From assembly GCA_951406725.2 (NCBI GenBank), contig OX597815.1, positions 48,422,001 through 48,486,000 on the forward strand: a DNA stretch of 64,000 bases, in the 5' to 3' direction. The DNA is from Octopus vulgaris. Its lineage: Eukaryota. Positions 39,307 through 52,927 of the stretch are shown in pieces (the stretch's first letter is position 1; each line of letters begins with the position of its first letter). Both the position numbers and the translations under genes were made by a program. The notes below the pieces were generated by a model. That model saw nothing but the letters and a program-made list of their open reading frames with translations. It was not told the DNA's origin and did no database searches.

Positions 39307-40173
39307 CTAACACACACACACACACACACACACATACACACACACAAAGAAAGAAAATGAAAAAAAGCCAGCATGTGCTGTTTTAACATCATCCTGAGGA
39401 TTCCATTCAGCAAAATTTATCAGCATATTTAAGGTCACAAGGTTAAAACAATAACCCTACAATAATATTACCTTAACTTCAACACAACTTGAGTGAATTT
39501 AATGCAACTCTTTACAAAAATTTGATCATTTTAATATTGTCTTTTACTACCTCCCCCATATGTGTATAACTTGTATTTTTCTTGCCAAGTTATTTTCCTG
39601 TGCCTCTAGATGTGGGTCATCTGTGAGGTATATGGAATAGGCTAAAAGAAAAAGGACCAATTACTAGAAGACAAGAAATGAAGAAACATCTGAATAGTGC
39701 TGTAATGTATCTGAGGGGCAAGAGGAGGCCATTCTCTCTTTAGACAATACTTTTATGGAAGTGACACTTTTGGGGCTGGTGTTAAAACCTATGTTAGATT
39801 GTAGTGGACCAAGGGGTGGCCAACTCAGGGGCTGCTCCAGACAGCACACATTCTAGCTATGCCACTGGAGTAGTGGAACATGTAGATTCAGCTTTGATTT
39901 AATTAACAATTATATATGAGGCAGTGCTGAAAAGATCGGTATTTAAATAACAATCTTATCCTTATTTACATAAAAATGTATATATAAATATATATATAAA
40001 TATATATATGTTTTGTAATTTTAATTTTGTTTGTAGAATGAAACAATTGCAGGTGAATATGTTCATTAATTAATAAATTAGTTTGTATGTATTAGATCTC
40101 TCTGTTTTCTAACTCAATGATATATATATATATATATATACATACATACACAAACACGCACTCATATATATGC

Positions 40174-40206
<33 letters not shown>

Positions 40207-40785
40207 TATACATATATATACACATACACACACGTAAATATATAAATGGAAATTTTTGGGTATTATTTATTCACCATTACACATGTTTTATATTCTAATA
40301 GGAATTAGAAAATTTTACACGTTAGACATGTAAGGAATTCCCTATTAGAAATTTTTCAGACTGAGAAATTAAATAACAATGGAATAAGTAATAATGGAAT
40401 AAGCAGATGTACTTCAAGAGGAAACAGCTGGGATTTACCCTAACTACCTGCATTATATACACGGCACTCTGTCGATTAGAACAAGGGTTCCACTTGATCC
40501 AATGAATGGAACAACCAGCTCGTGAAATTAATGTACACTTCATGGACATGTGTACTCTTAATATAGTTCTCAAGGAGATTCAGCATGACACAGGATGTGA
40601 CAAGGCTGGTTCTTTGAATTACAACTACTACTCATTTTTACCAGATGAGTGGACTGGAGCAATGTGGGATAAAGTGTTTTGCTCAAGGACACATTGTGGC
40701 ACTGGAAATCAAACTCAAGACTTTATGATCATGAGTTGACCATGCATCTCACTAACCATGAAACCATGCTTCTCACAAACACACA

Positions 40786-41078
40786 CATATTAGAAGGATT
40801 GGAGGTGATGTACAGATATTATATATTAGAAAAAATAAGGTACTCTGAAACCTGGATGGTTGCACATTTACAGATTTTTATTAATACGTCACATGTTTTT
40901 ATAAATGATATATTAGCACTTGCATCTTCTCTAGTTTCAGATTTGAATTCAAATCTGAAGAATCTACTAGAGTAGATGTAAGTGCTAATATATGATTTAT
41001 AAAAACATGTGACATATTAATAAAAATCTGTAAATGTACAACCATCCAGGTTTCAGAGTATCCTATTTTTTCTAATAT

Positions 41079-41079
<1 letters not shown>
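40786..41079. mobile_element. PLE-type fold-back centred on a perfect 24-bp palindrome; relative at about 37436-37625
   Basis: Arms run from 40822 to 41079; centre ttcagatttgaattcaaatctgaa (40936-40959). CTGAAGA-atctac-taga-gtagat-GtAA is a decayed hammerhead. Confidence 0.78.
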
Positions 41080-41116
<37 letters not shown>

Positions 41117-41122
<6 letters not shown>

Positions 41123-41131
41123 CTATGTATG

Positions 41132-41165
<34 letters not shown>

Positions 41166-41271
41166 TGTATGTATGTATGTATGTATGTATGTATGTATGT
41201 ATGTATGTATGTATGTATGTATGTATGTATGTATGTATGTATGTATGTATGTATGTATGTATGTATGTATG
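41117..41271. repeat. (TATG)n microsatellite
   Basis: Directly visible. Confidence 0.95.
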
Positions 41272-41650
41272 TAGATTACTACATCATGAGGCAGTGAATT
41301 AGTTGAGTTATTAGAGCATCTAATTGAATGTTTTGTGCTTTTTGTTTTGGAGTGGTTGATGTTAGAAAGGCTATTCAGCTGTAGAAACCATGCCAAATCA
41401 GATTGGAACCTGGTGCAAGTCTCTGGCTTACTAGTTTTCTGTCAAACCGTCCAACCCATGCCGGCATGAAAAGCAGACCTTAAATGATGATGATGCTGAT
41501 GGTAATGATCTAGGCACTCACTTCAAATTCTGCTGAGGCCAAATATGCCTTTTATTCTTTCAGGGTCGATAAATAAAGTACCAATGAAGTAGGAGCATTG
41601 ATTCTTCTCTCTGTCTCCCTTTGCGGACACAAGGCAATGAACATATACAT

Positions 41651-41696
<46 letters not shown>

Positions 41697-41788
41697 ATGT
41701 GGGTTTCTGCATGTATGCATGTGTGTGCATGCATGTATATGTATGGATATAATATGAAAGAGAGAGAGATATATAGAGAGGGAGATAG

Positions 41789-41820
<32 letters not shown>

Positions 41821-42394
41821 TGAGACATGCAGACATAGAAATAGGGAGGGGAAAAGAGTGAGAATGACTTTTAGTTAAATACTTAGAAAATAAGTTTCAT
41901 AGAAATGTGTGTTTGGCATCATTATGGTCATCATATTTCTTCTTTTCTTTTATTTGTATAGTTATTAAAATAAACAAAAAAGCAAAAATTAAAACACACA
42001 TAAAGGTCAAAGAGTAATCAAAGATCAAATTGAATGTGGGCATCTTGGTAAGAAGCTTGAGTTAGTTTTTTTGGAGGCGGCTTGAGATTTACAGTCATTT
42101 AAAAAGTTTTGTGAATGAGTGGGTGGAAGAAAGTAGAAGGTGGATTGATACATACCTACCTACCTACATACCTACCTACCTACCTACATACATTCATACA
42201 TACGTACATACATACATATATACATACATACATGACAAATACACACAAATGCACACATGCATGCTCACACACACAGGCACACATATAGACAAACATATAT
42301 ACATATATATAGGCAAACATATATGTGTGAATATATATATATATGCATATATATATACTCATGCATATGCACCTACCTATCTATATATCTATCC

Positions 42395-42466
<72 letters not shown>

Positions 42467-43073
42467 GTGTGTGTGCGAGCATTGTTTGCATGTGTGTGTG
42501 TATATATATTTGCATGTATATATGTATGTATGTATGCATATATACGTAGTAAACTTGTTTTTTGTTGTTTTTGTTGATTGGTTGAAGGCGGCAAAAAGTT
42601 TAGCTTTTCTATTTGTCATCTTATTTTCATTGTTATACCTGAAACATTTTGTGTGTGTGTGTGTATGTGCGTGCATGTGTGTGTGCACGTGTGTGTGCGT
42701 GTGCGTGTGTGTTAGTGTGTGTGTTAGCGAGTGTATATGAGTCAGTATGTCACTTTATATGTGCTGTGTCTTTTGTGTTTTGTTCTTAGTCTATTTGTGT
42801 GTGTGAATGCATGTATATATGTGATGTGTGTATGTGTGAGTCACTGCTTTTGCTTAGTTCAAATATTTTGTATTTTCTTTTTATTTAATATCTTGAATGT
42901 TAGAAAATTTAATAATCTCCGCTGCTACAAATAATATTTTCTCTCTCCTGGGATATTTCTTTGGCAGCAAGTTAAAAGAACCAAATTATCTGTGTGTGCA
43001 TGTATGTGTATGCATGTGTCTGTGTCTGGGTTTTATATATAAACATAGACACACACCTATATACATACATATA

Positions 43074-43107
<34 letters not shown>

Positions 43108-43108
43108 C

Positions 43109-43150
<42 letters not shown>

Positions 43151-43168
43151 TGATATATATAAAATATG

Positions 43169-43199
<31 letters not shown>

Positions 43200-43206
43200 A
43201 AATATT

Positions 43207-43247
<41 letters not shown>

Positions 43248-43562
43248 GATATATGCACACATAATTTATATGAATAGAAAGAGAGAAGGAGTAAGGATAA
43301 AGAGTGAGTGAAAGTGAATGAGAGCAACATGTGCATACATATGCAATCATACATATATGTATGTAGGCCAAAACTTCGTAGTCACTGTCAACAGTTTTCT
43401 CTTAAAAGTTTAATAAATATGTACTCTAGGAAAAGGTATTGCATAATTCTTCAGTTTATTGTTAAATTGTTTTTAGTATAACTCAACATTAAATCAAATG
43501 ATAATATGTATTTATTCTTGGTTGAGATCAGACTACCATATTTAGAGTGGTGCACTAAATAA

Positions 43563-44175
43563 TCATCATCATCATCATTTAGCGTCCGCTTTCCATGCTA
43601 GCATGGGTTGGATGGTTCGACCGGGGTCTGTGAAGCCAGAAGGCTGCATCATGCCCAGTCTGATCTGGCAGTGTTTCTACGGCTGGATGTCCTTCCTCAC
43701 GCCAACCACTCCGTGAGTGTAGTGGGTGCTTTTTGTGTGCCACCCGCACAGGTGCCAGACGGAGCTGGCAAATGGCCACGGACGGATGGTGCTTTTTACG
43801 TGCCACCGGCACGGGGGCCAGGCGAGGCTGGCAACGGCCAAGATCGGATGGTGCTTTTTACGTGCCACTGGCACGGGGGCCAGGCGAGGCTGGCAACGGC
43901 CACGAACAGATGGTGCTACGTGCCACCGGCATGGGGGCCAGGCGAGGCTGGCAACGGTCATGAACGGATGGTGCTTTTTACGTGCCACCGGCACGGAAGC
44001 CAGTCGGGGTGGCGCTGGCAACGGCCACGATCGGATGGTTCGCTTACTTGTCACCGGCACTGGTATCATAGCTGCAATTTCCATTGATGTTGATCGACTT
44101 CGATTTTGGTTCTGCTTTCTGATATCTGATTTGATTTGGTTTGATTTTGATTTTGATTTTTTGATTTTTTTGATT
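43563..44175 (-). mobile_element. RTE LINE 3'UTR with tandem ~55-60-bp repeats
   Basis: Near-identical to the reverse complement of 10120-10638. Confidence 0.9.
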
Positions 44176-44177
44176 TT

Positions 44178-44213
<36 letters not shown>

Positions 44214-45415
44214 GTAATAATAATAATAATCCTTTCTACTGTAGGCACAAGGCCCGGAATTAGTGGGAAGGGAGTTTTCAATCACATTGACTCTGATTCT
44301 TGACTGGTGCTTAATTTATTGACCCTGAAAGGATGAAAGGCAAGGTAGACCTCAGTGGAATTTGAACTCAGAATGTAAAGACAAATGAAATGCTGCTAAA
44401 AGTTTTGCCTGGTTTGCTAACAATTAATAATAATAATTCTTTCACTATAGGCACAAATCCTTAAATTTGGGGAGAGGGTGGGTTAATTTGATCAACTCCA
44501 GTATTCAGCTGGTACTTATTATATTGATGTAAGGCAGATGAAAGACAAAGTCGACCTTGGTGGTATTTCAAAACTTAGAATGTAAAGATGGAGAAAATGT
44601 CTCTGAGCATTTTGTGAAGTGTGCTAATATAATATTCTGTTGTGTCTGGGGAGAGTCATTTTCTTTTTGTGCCTTATAATTTAACACACTTACCGGTAAA
44701 ATTTCCCATTATTTCTTATTTTTATATTCTAATAAGTCTGAAACAAAGGTAAATTTACATCATAGTCACCAAAGATCAGAATCACTTGCAGGCCCTGCAA
44801 ATATCTAATTTAATTTTAATTTACTGATATTGTGAGGGTTATATTCCTTGCCCCATTTGATTTTAATTCTCTGTGTTGAATGCTGTCCCAAAAATATGAA
44901 TGGTGTCCCAAAAATACGTATACCCTGTCCTTTCATGTTATTCCATATGTTTCATCCATCAGAAGTTTCATTTTAGGCCTGATGTAATTCTTTTCTTCAA
45001 ATTATAGTTATTATTTTACATGTTAGACATCAGCAAATGTATCCCTCTAATCAAATAGCCATTTCAGCCTTCTTGGGCCTTGTCAACTAGGCATACTCAC
45101 AAGTCATATACCTAGACAAAACCAGTCTCTCCTGTAAATAGGAAACAGTCAATATTACATTCACTGATATTGCGGAAGACCTACTGAGCTGAATAAAAGC
45201 TTGGTCTATGCAATTGAAGCAACATTAAAATAGCTATCGATGTATCATACTTAATATATATATATATACACTGTTGTAAGGCATGATACTGTGATTCTTA
45301 TCAACATAATGTAATAAAGTGTTTCCCTGAAAAAACCAATGTGGAATTGCCTCCAATTATTGCATGAATTCCATTGTCTGTAGTGGATGTACCATGAACA
45401 ACCACTGGTGAGCAT

Positions 45416-45473
<58 letters not shown>

Positions 45474-45477
<4 letters not shown>

Positions 45478-45806
45478 ATATGAATGAAGTGTAGTTTTTG
45501 TTCAAATTATGCTACTTACATTTTGATAGCATGACTTTTTACTTGTTCACAATGTATTACATAGTATAAATTACAGAAACAAACCATCCTTTCATGCATT
45601 TTGAACATTTGACACTTAAAAATGGCATGCAATTTAACTGACATTTGAACTACCAACTATTCAAAATTCATGGAGAAATGGTTTGTTTAGGTAATCCATA
45701 TAATGTAATCTCATAATATGTAATACATTATGAACAAATAAAAAACCATGCTATTGAAACATATGTAGCATAATTAAAATGAAAATTACACTCTATTTGT
45801 ATTCTT
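45474..45806. mobile_element. Old PLE-type fold-back (arms about 45474-45607 and 45660-45806)
   Basis: Diverged inverted arms next to (TG)n. GAAAC-atat-GTA at 45756-45767 with palindromic ACATATGT. Confidence 0.6.
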
Positions 45807-46178
45807 TTATTATATTTACATCATGTGACATGTACAGCAGGTATTTCTAAATACATCAAATTTACAGAATTCTTGATATCATTTAATTAGATAATATTGC
45901 ATTGCTTGATCTATTCACCAGTTGATAGATTGAAAATATGACAGGTATTCCTCCAGAGTTAAATGACATGATCACTGCGATCCTCATTACTTGGGATTTA
46001 TATATATATGCATATAGTTACTTTTAAGTACATACACAAGCACAACACAAGATACAAGAAAGGTGATACGTGAGTGTACTAAATTATTTCTTCCTTTAAA
46101 AAATATGCTCTGTACCTCATAACAAACTATATTAGAACTAAAATGGGAGTAGGTTGTTTCCTACTAATAACTACATAC

Positions 46179-46214
46179 CCTCTATATGTCATCTGACTGC
46201 CTCCCACCTCAGCA
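46179..46214 (-). CDS. Candidate 36-nt exon, (x)AEVGGSQMTYR(G)
   Basis: AGG|GTATGT donor. Acceptor gtttgtttgctgttgTGCaaattaaaaag|. Open only in phase 2. Confidence 0.35.
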
Positions 46215-46899
46215 CTTTTTAATTTGCACAACAGCAAACAAACACAGAAATTAATAACAGAAAGTGGTTGACAAGAAAATAAGAAGGCCCCATTCTGCAC
46301 ATCCATCCATCCATCCATCCAATGAACAAACCATTCATCCGAACCAACCAAACAACCAACCAACCATCCAACCAACCAACAAACAAACAAACCAACTAAA
46401 CCATGCTAGCATGTAAAACAAACAAAAAACCCCAGAGAAACAGAGAAACAGAAAAAAGGAGTTAATAATGATGATGATGGCCATGACTATGATGGTGACT
46501 ATGAGAACACTCAGGCCTAGACCTAAACTAATGTATGTAAAGAGTAAATCATATACTTTAAATATCAAAATAATCCACCGAAAACTGCTGTGTTGTAACA
46601 AAGATATTTATTTATATATTTGCTTGTGTATATATATATATATATAGTTAGGTATTTATCTGTGTATTAATGTATTTGTTTATTTTTGATTCCACAAGTA
46701 AAGGATGCTGGAGGTTTTTTTTTTATCTTGAAAACTGCGACCTTTAGATCACCACCAAAAGCTAATTGGTTCCTGGAGTTTTCAGTTCGAAAAATCTTTA
46801 AAATCTTCAGATCTTTATTTACTTGGATATTGCTTTTACTACTTTGATACACACACACACACGTGCATACATACATACATACATACATACATACATACA

Positions 46900-46953
<54 letters not shown>

Positions 46954-47630
46954 CATGCATACACACTCTCACACACACATATACACATACACATATATAC
47001 ACACTGAAATACATGCACATATATTCACACACTGACACATACACACACACACGTATATATACACACTGACACACACATACACACACACATATATACATAC
47101 ACTCACACACACGCACATACACTCGCACATACACTTGCACATACACTTGCGCACACACACACACGCACACACAGAGAAACACACACACATACACATATAC
47201 AGACTCTCTCTCACACACGCACACATATTCACACATATGTATGTATTAATGTATCGATATCTCTTCCTGTCCACCTAGTAATTTCTCTGTATATAACTCC
47301 CTTGCTATCCTTCTTATACCTACACACACACACTCTCTCTTCTCCCTATCTCATGCCATTTACTCTCCCCTCACACTCATATTACAACACATGCACAGAT
47401 CCTTTTTGTTTCTTTACTTCACACCTGTTTCAAATTACTCTTTTACTTCTCCTTCTCTCACACACACAGCCATAAACACACAAACACACTTTCTCTGTCT
47501 CCTTCCTTTTCTCTCTTTTCCTCACTCTCATCACATATCTATTTTTCTTCCTCCCATTCAAACTTTCTTTTCCCATAACATTTACCTAGTGCTTTGCTTT
47601 ACATATGTATGTATGTATGTATGTACGTAC

Positions 47631-47664
<34 letters not shown>

Positions 47665-47919
47665 TTGTATGTATGTATATATGTTTGTTTGTATGTATGT
47701 ATGTATGTATGTATGTATGTCAGTATGTATGTATGTTTGTTTGTATGTATGTATGCATGTATGTATGTATGTAGGTGTGTGTGCATGCACGCATGTGTAC
47801 ATGCATGCATGCATGTGTGTGTATGTGTGTTCATTCATTCATTCTTCTCTTTTTAATCTTAAAGTGAATTTTGACTGGCCACCTACTTGATAGCTAGGTT
47901 ATGAAGGAAAGTATCTGCT

Positions 47920-48150
47920 TTTATCTTTAAATCTTAAAAAAGGTCTTGCAGACTTGTTTTAGTCTTAGATATTGTGAGCATTTGTAGTGTATGAATTAAG
48001 GATTTGCATTCTCTTCCCAAGATCCCAAGTTCAGCCAAACTTTGCTCCAGATGGGCTGATATAAATCCTGTTGTTCCAATGTATATTTAGGTGTGAAATT
48101 GTGATTCACCCACAAGCCGATAACTGTTGAGGAGTTGGTGACCATCTCTG
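47920..48150 (-). mobile_element. Probable RLE-type (R4/Dong-like) LINE C-terminal fossil
   Basis: IGTTGFISAHLEQSLAELG...LIHTLQ.../VCKTF resembles the C-terminus of RLE-clade non-LTR elements. Confidence 0.4.
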
Positions 48151-48654
48151 TCAGTTTCCCATTTGTTTATGCATTTATCATATATTTTTAACTCATTATG
48201 TATGTATCTCTACTATTTTTTAATTATTATAAATCTTCCACCGAGGAGGAAGCTAGTTTCCAACAAAGATACAAGGCACCATTGTATGTATGTATGTATG
48301 TATGTATGTATGTATGTATGTATGTATGTATGTATGTATGTATGTATGTATGTATGTATACATGTATGTATGTATGTACATATGCATGTATAGCTATTCT
48401 ACTTTTTTAGATTTTAATAATTTCTTTCAATAAGGTGGCGAGCTGGCAGAAACGTTAGCACTCCAGGTGAAATGCTTAACGGTATTTCATCTGTCTTTAC
48501 ATTCTGAGTTCAAATTCCACCAATTTTCTGTTGACTTTCCCTTTCATCCTTTCAGGGTTGATAAATTAAGTACCAGTTGAGTACAGAGGTTGATGAAATC
48601 AACTTACTCTTTCATCTGATATTGCTGGCCATGAGTCAAAATTTGAAACTGTTA

Positions 48655-48999
48655 TTACCTCCACCTTAGCGAAGGCAGAGGTATTGTTTGTCCGTGGACA
48701 GGATATCTCAAGAACCACAGGATGGATTCGAATGAAACTTTCAGGGATGTTTGGCCTCATAACTGGCACAAACTGATAAGATTTTGGAATCAATCTGGTA
48801 CCGGACAAGGATTCTGAATTATTCATTTTTTTTTTACTTCATTTTTGAGAGCAGTCAGGTTCATTTTTACTATTCTCGTTTGTGAGAGCAGTCGAGTTTA
48901 TTTCAGATATTCACATTTTAAAAATCATGTCTGGCTAATCATTGAGAGGATGTTGGTGTTGCCTTGGCAGAGGTTTGTGCTCTTTGAGTGCTCTTGCTA
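48655..48999 (+). mobile_element. Helentron-associated (DINE-1/HINE-like) non-autonomous element
   Basis: 5' acctccacc..ggcagaggt hairpin, subterminal inverted copy ggcagaggt at 48966-48974, 3' hairpin gtgctc-ttt-gagtgc, TT-rich insertion site. Confidence 0.65.
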
Positions 49000-49218
49000 T
49001 TATTAAGGTGGTGCACTAGCAGTTTCATTAGCACTTTGGTTAAAATGCTTAGAGACATTTCTTCTGGCTTTTTCCATAATGAGTTCAAATACTGCTGAGG
49101 TCAGCTTTACCTTTTATTCCTTTAGGGTTGATAAAATAAGTATCACTTGAGCACTGGGGTCAATGAAATTTACTGGTCTTCTCCCCTGAATTTCAAGTGC
49201 TATACCAAAATTTGAAAC

Positions 49219-49279
<61 letters not shown>

Positions 49280-49861
49280 AACAATCTGCTCGAAATAAAC
49301 CATTACTTAAATAACATTACTTTCAGAATCACACACATTTTTCTCTGACAAGAGAAAACCCTTGATATGTTCACTAGCACTGCATCATCTTTGCAAACCA
49401 TATTTCTGTGATGGATAGCTTTCAATTGCAACCAGTTTAATCAGGTGGCAATTCTAGTTCAATTGAAATACAATCAGAACTACTACCAACTTCACATCAT
49501 ATAAAATAGTACAAGAACAATGTTATAAATATAGACTGAATTTGGCAAAGAGAATATAAATGAAACAAAAGCATTTGTCATCTGAACCAGTTGTCAGCAT
49601 TATAAAAACAAATCAGAGTTAGTGTTAAAATACGGCCAAGCAATTTGTCAAAAATGCTTTATTGGCTTATAGTAAATATGACAACGGTTGTAAAGTTATA
49701 GCTTCCCTTTGCACCTAACTTCAATGGCTAGATTTGGAAATATCATAGGTTTCAGTAATAGATAGATAAATAAGCTTCCGTGTGTTATATCAAAATATGT
49801 CTATGCTTGTTTTGTGATAAACAGTTCATAAACTGAAAGCATTTTCTTTTAACAGTTTTTA

Positions 49862-49862
49862 C

Positions 49863-49957
<95 letters not shown>
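49862..49957. repeat. (CTAT)n microsatellite
   Basis: Directly visible. Confidence 0.95.
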
Positions 49958-49958
<1 letters not shown>

Positions 49959-50609
49959 TTACCTATCTATTTTTCAATCAATCTATGTTTTTCTTTTTAT
50001 ATTAAGTTGTAGATAAAAACAATTTAACAGTAAACTGAAATATTACTCAACACTTTTGTAGCAGTGTGCATATTTATTAATTTTACAAAGAAAAGGTTGC
50101 AAGTAACTTCAAAATTTCAACTAGCTTGCCGTCATGATATATGTGTGTGTTTGTATGAGTGTATGTGCTTGTGTGTGTATGTATATGAATGTATGTGTCT
50201 CTCCCTCTCTCCCTCTCTCTCTATATATATATATTGCATATATGGGTAAAGGATATAAAGATCTGCAAAACAATGACAAAATGCATTTTTTATGAAATTC
50301 ATCGTGGTATTTTTCCTGTATCTAGTTGCACAGACACTTCCTAATAATCAACCCATTGAAGACCGGTAAGTTATGATGTTACTCTTTTACTCTTTTACTT
50401 GTTTCAGTAATTTGACTGCGACCACTCCTGTGCCTGGTCAACAATTACTGTTCAATTACTGTTCCTTATTGTTCAACAATTGAGAAAAAAAATTATATTT
50501 TTAGTAATTATGTGGTGTCCCCTAGTAGTCTGTTAATTCAAGGGAGATAATAATTTTGTCCGATATTTGATGGCATCGAAAATTTGAATTTGAAGTCAAG
50601 AACCTACAA

Positions 50610-50985
50610 ATGAGGTCTGATCAAAGAGTATCAGGACTGTTGCTATGGTAACAGAGTTAAAGAACACAGATTGAAGCCACTTGGCACAGATTGATCTTGA
50701 ACTCTGTCATGCTAGGTTATAATGTTCTCACTTGTGTTGTTAATAGCAGTGCTTGGAGGTAAAGTGTGCAGAGCACGGTCATCTCAAAAAGGAGATCAGG
50801 TCTCAGCTGTGCAGGATCTCCTTGACTAAGATGAAAACTTTTGAAAATGGTCATAACAGGTGATGAATCATGGATCTATGGCAATGACCCTGAAATCAAG
50901 GTGAAAATCAAATCTATCTTTAAAGGAGCAAGATTTCAAGAAGTCAAGGAAATCCAAGGGAATACAAAGAAGTTCCAGGAAGATT
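50610..50985 (+). mobile_element. Internally deleted mariner element
   Basis: TIR-like atgaggtctgatcaaagagtatcaggactg. LKMVITGDESWIYGNDPEIK is joined directly to KIKSIFKGARFQEVKEIQ. Confidence 0.75.
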
Positions 50986-51484
50986 AAGTGCCTGGAGATG
51001 GTAGTGCTGCCCTGGGTCAAGAAGGTGACTGCTGGAAGAACCTATATCTGGCAACAGGACTCAGCATCATGCCACACAAGCAGGAGAACCCAGTCATGGC
51101 TGTCAGACAATTTCTGTGACCACATCACCCCTAACATCTGGCCACCTAACTCTCCAGACTGCAACCCTCTTGATTATTGTGTGTGGGGTGCAGTTGAGCA
51201 AGAGGCCAACAAAATTCCTTGTTACACTAAGGATGAACTGATGACAAAGTTTATAGTAACATTTACCAACTTAAACAAAGGGACTGTCCAGAAGAGTTGC
51301 AGGAGATTCCAATGTCATTTGGAGGTCGTGGTTGAAGCTAATGGGGATTTTATTGTATAAATTTACTCTTTAGTATTTCAAGATATTTAATGTAATTTTG
51401 GTAAATATATCTGTTAAAATGAGATGTCAGTGTTATTTTCATTTTTGCATAATTTAGATGACACTTTACTCACCACACCCTGTA
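50986..51484 (+). mobile_element. maT (DD37D) transposon 3' half
   Basis: QQD-(37 aa)-D spacing in WQQDSASCH...WPPNSPDCNPLDY. Ends ...cacaccctg-ta. Confidence 0.85.
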
Positions 51485-51529
51485 TGTATTATGCATATAT
51501 ATTTTTTATTTATTCCAGTATTCTTTTTT

Positions 51530-52000
51530 ATTTGAATTTCTACAATCTGGATATCTCTATCTCCAAGCTTGGTGGTTTCTCATTTATTTGTTTAAAGAAA
51601 TCTATTGTCGTCTGTTGGAATTGATACACTGAATAAGAGACATTTCTTTTCTTGATGGTCTCTGGATAATAGTTATTTCCAGTTTCTTTATATTTGGTAT
51701 TTCAATGTCATAACATGATTATTATTGTCTTTGGCACATAAACTGTCTAGTGTCTGCACCTCCACACATTTTGTTAAACATTCATTGTCTACACCTGACT
51801 AAGGTTTTGTCACAGCTAATTGCTTTGTTTGTACAGAATTCAAAGAGCTGGTCAGATTCCTTCTTTTCTACTTTCATGGAGTTGAGATTGCATTGTAAAT
51901 ATCTTCTTTATATAGGTGTGTTCGTGTTTGTCTATCGTAGACAAGAATTTGGTTATTCTCTTTATTATAAGAACCTAAATTACATAATATCTACACATGT
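51530..52000 (-). mobile_element. RLE-type (R4/Dong-like) LINE fossil
   Basis: DHQEKKCLLFSVSIPTDDN...LEIEISRL matches the PD-(D/E)xK RLE region. Confidence 0.6.
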
Positions 52001-52147
52001 TCCACTTGTGTATACAATACTGTCATGTGGTAATTGTTACATAGATGATTGCATAATCACCTTACAACACCAGCTCTCCAAAAGAAAATAGTAACTTAAT
52101 TGATTGTTACCAACCTCAGTTGGTGGGCAGAGCAAAATGTGAACTAC

Positions 52148-52580
52148 CATCATCATCATCATTTAACATCCATCTTCTATGTTGGCATGGGTTGGATAGT
52201 TTGGCCAGGCTCCATTCTTAGCTTTGGCATGGTTTCTATGACTGGAGGCTCTTCCTAATGTCAACCACTTCACAAAGTGTACTGGGTATTTTTTATGTGA
52301 CACTAGCAATGGAGCGAGGTCACTAAGTAGCTTACAAGATGAAGACTCCCCAGCTAGGAGAGGGAGTGGAACCATGGGAAGTGGCTTTGTGTCAGGTGAG
52401 AGGTTAGAGTATAATAGAGGGGTAGAAATAGGTAGGTGTCTTACTATAGCTACCCCAGCAGGAAAAGAGAGGAAAAGAGGTGATGGAGCAAAAGATAGAG
52501 AGACAGTCAGAGTGAGAAAGAAAGAGATAGATGGTGTTGGAGATGCATTGAGAGCTACTCACAGGAACAGTGGGGTTGTG
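52148..52580 (-). mobile_element. Older RTE-type 3' end
   Basis: (CAT)n-ttaacatcc...catgggttgga...cttcctaatg.caaccac. Similar remnants at about 15650-15900(-) and 41350-41500(+). Confidence 0.65.
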
Positions 52581-52684
52581 GTGTATAAGTAATGGGGATG
52601 TTCCATAAGAGTGTGCACAGCCTTCAAGAAAACCAACAATGCGCCAGCATATGTAAGCGTATGCTATATATATATATTATATTT

Positions 52685-52891
52685 TATCTTTTTCTTGTTT
52701 CAGTCATTAGACTGTGGTCATGCTGGGGCACCACCTTGAAAAATTTTTAGCCAAACAAACTAACCCCTAAATTTTTATTTTTAAGCCTAGTACTTATTTT
52801 ATTGATCTTTTTTGCTGAACTGCTAATTTACAGGGACATAAACACCAACGCTGGTTGTCAAGTGGTGGTGGATGACAAATACAGACACAAA

Positions 52892-52927
<36 letters not shown>

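Noticed and set aside
43725-44065. Regularly spaced repeats superficially like a CRISPR array
   Set aside because: Contiguous tandem units without unique spacers, inside a eukaryotic LINE 3'UTR; no cas genes.
42017-46845. Additional short minus-strand frames after AG (near 42080, 42638, 42958 and 46840)
   Set aside because: No convincing donor or homology; such frames are common by chance.
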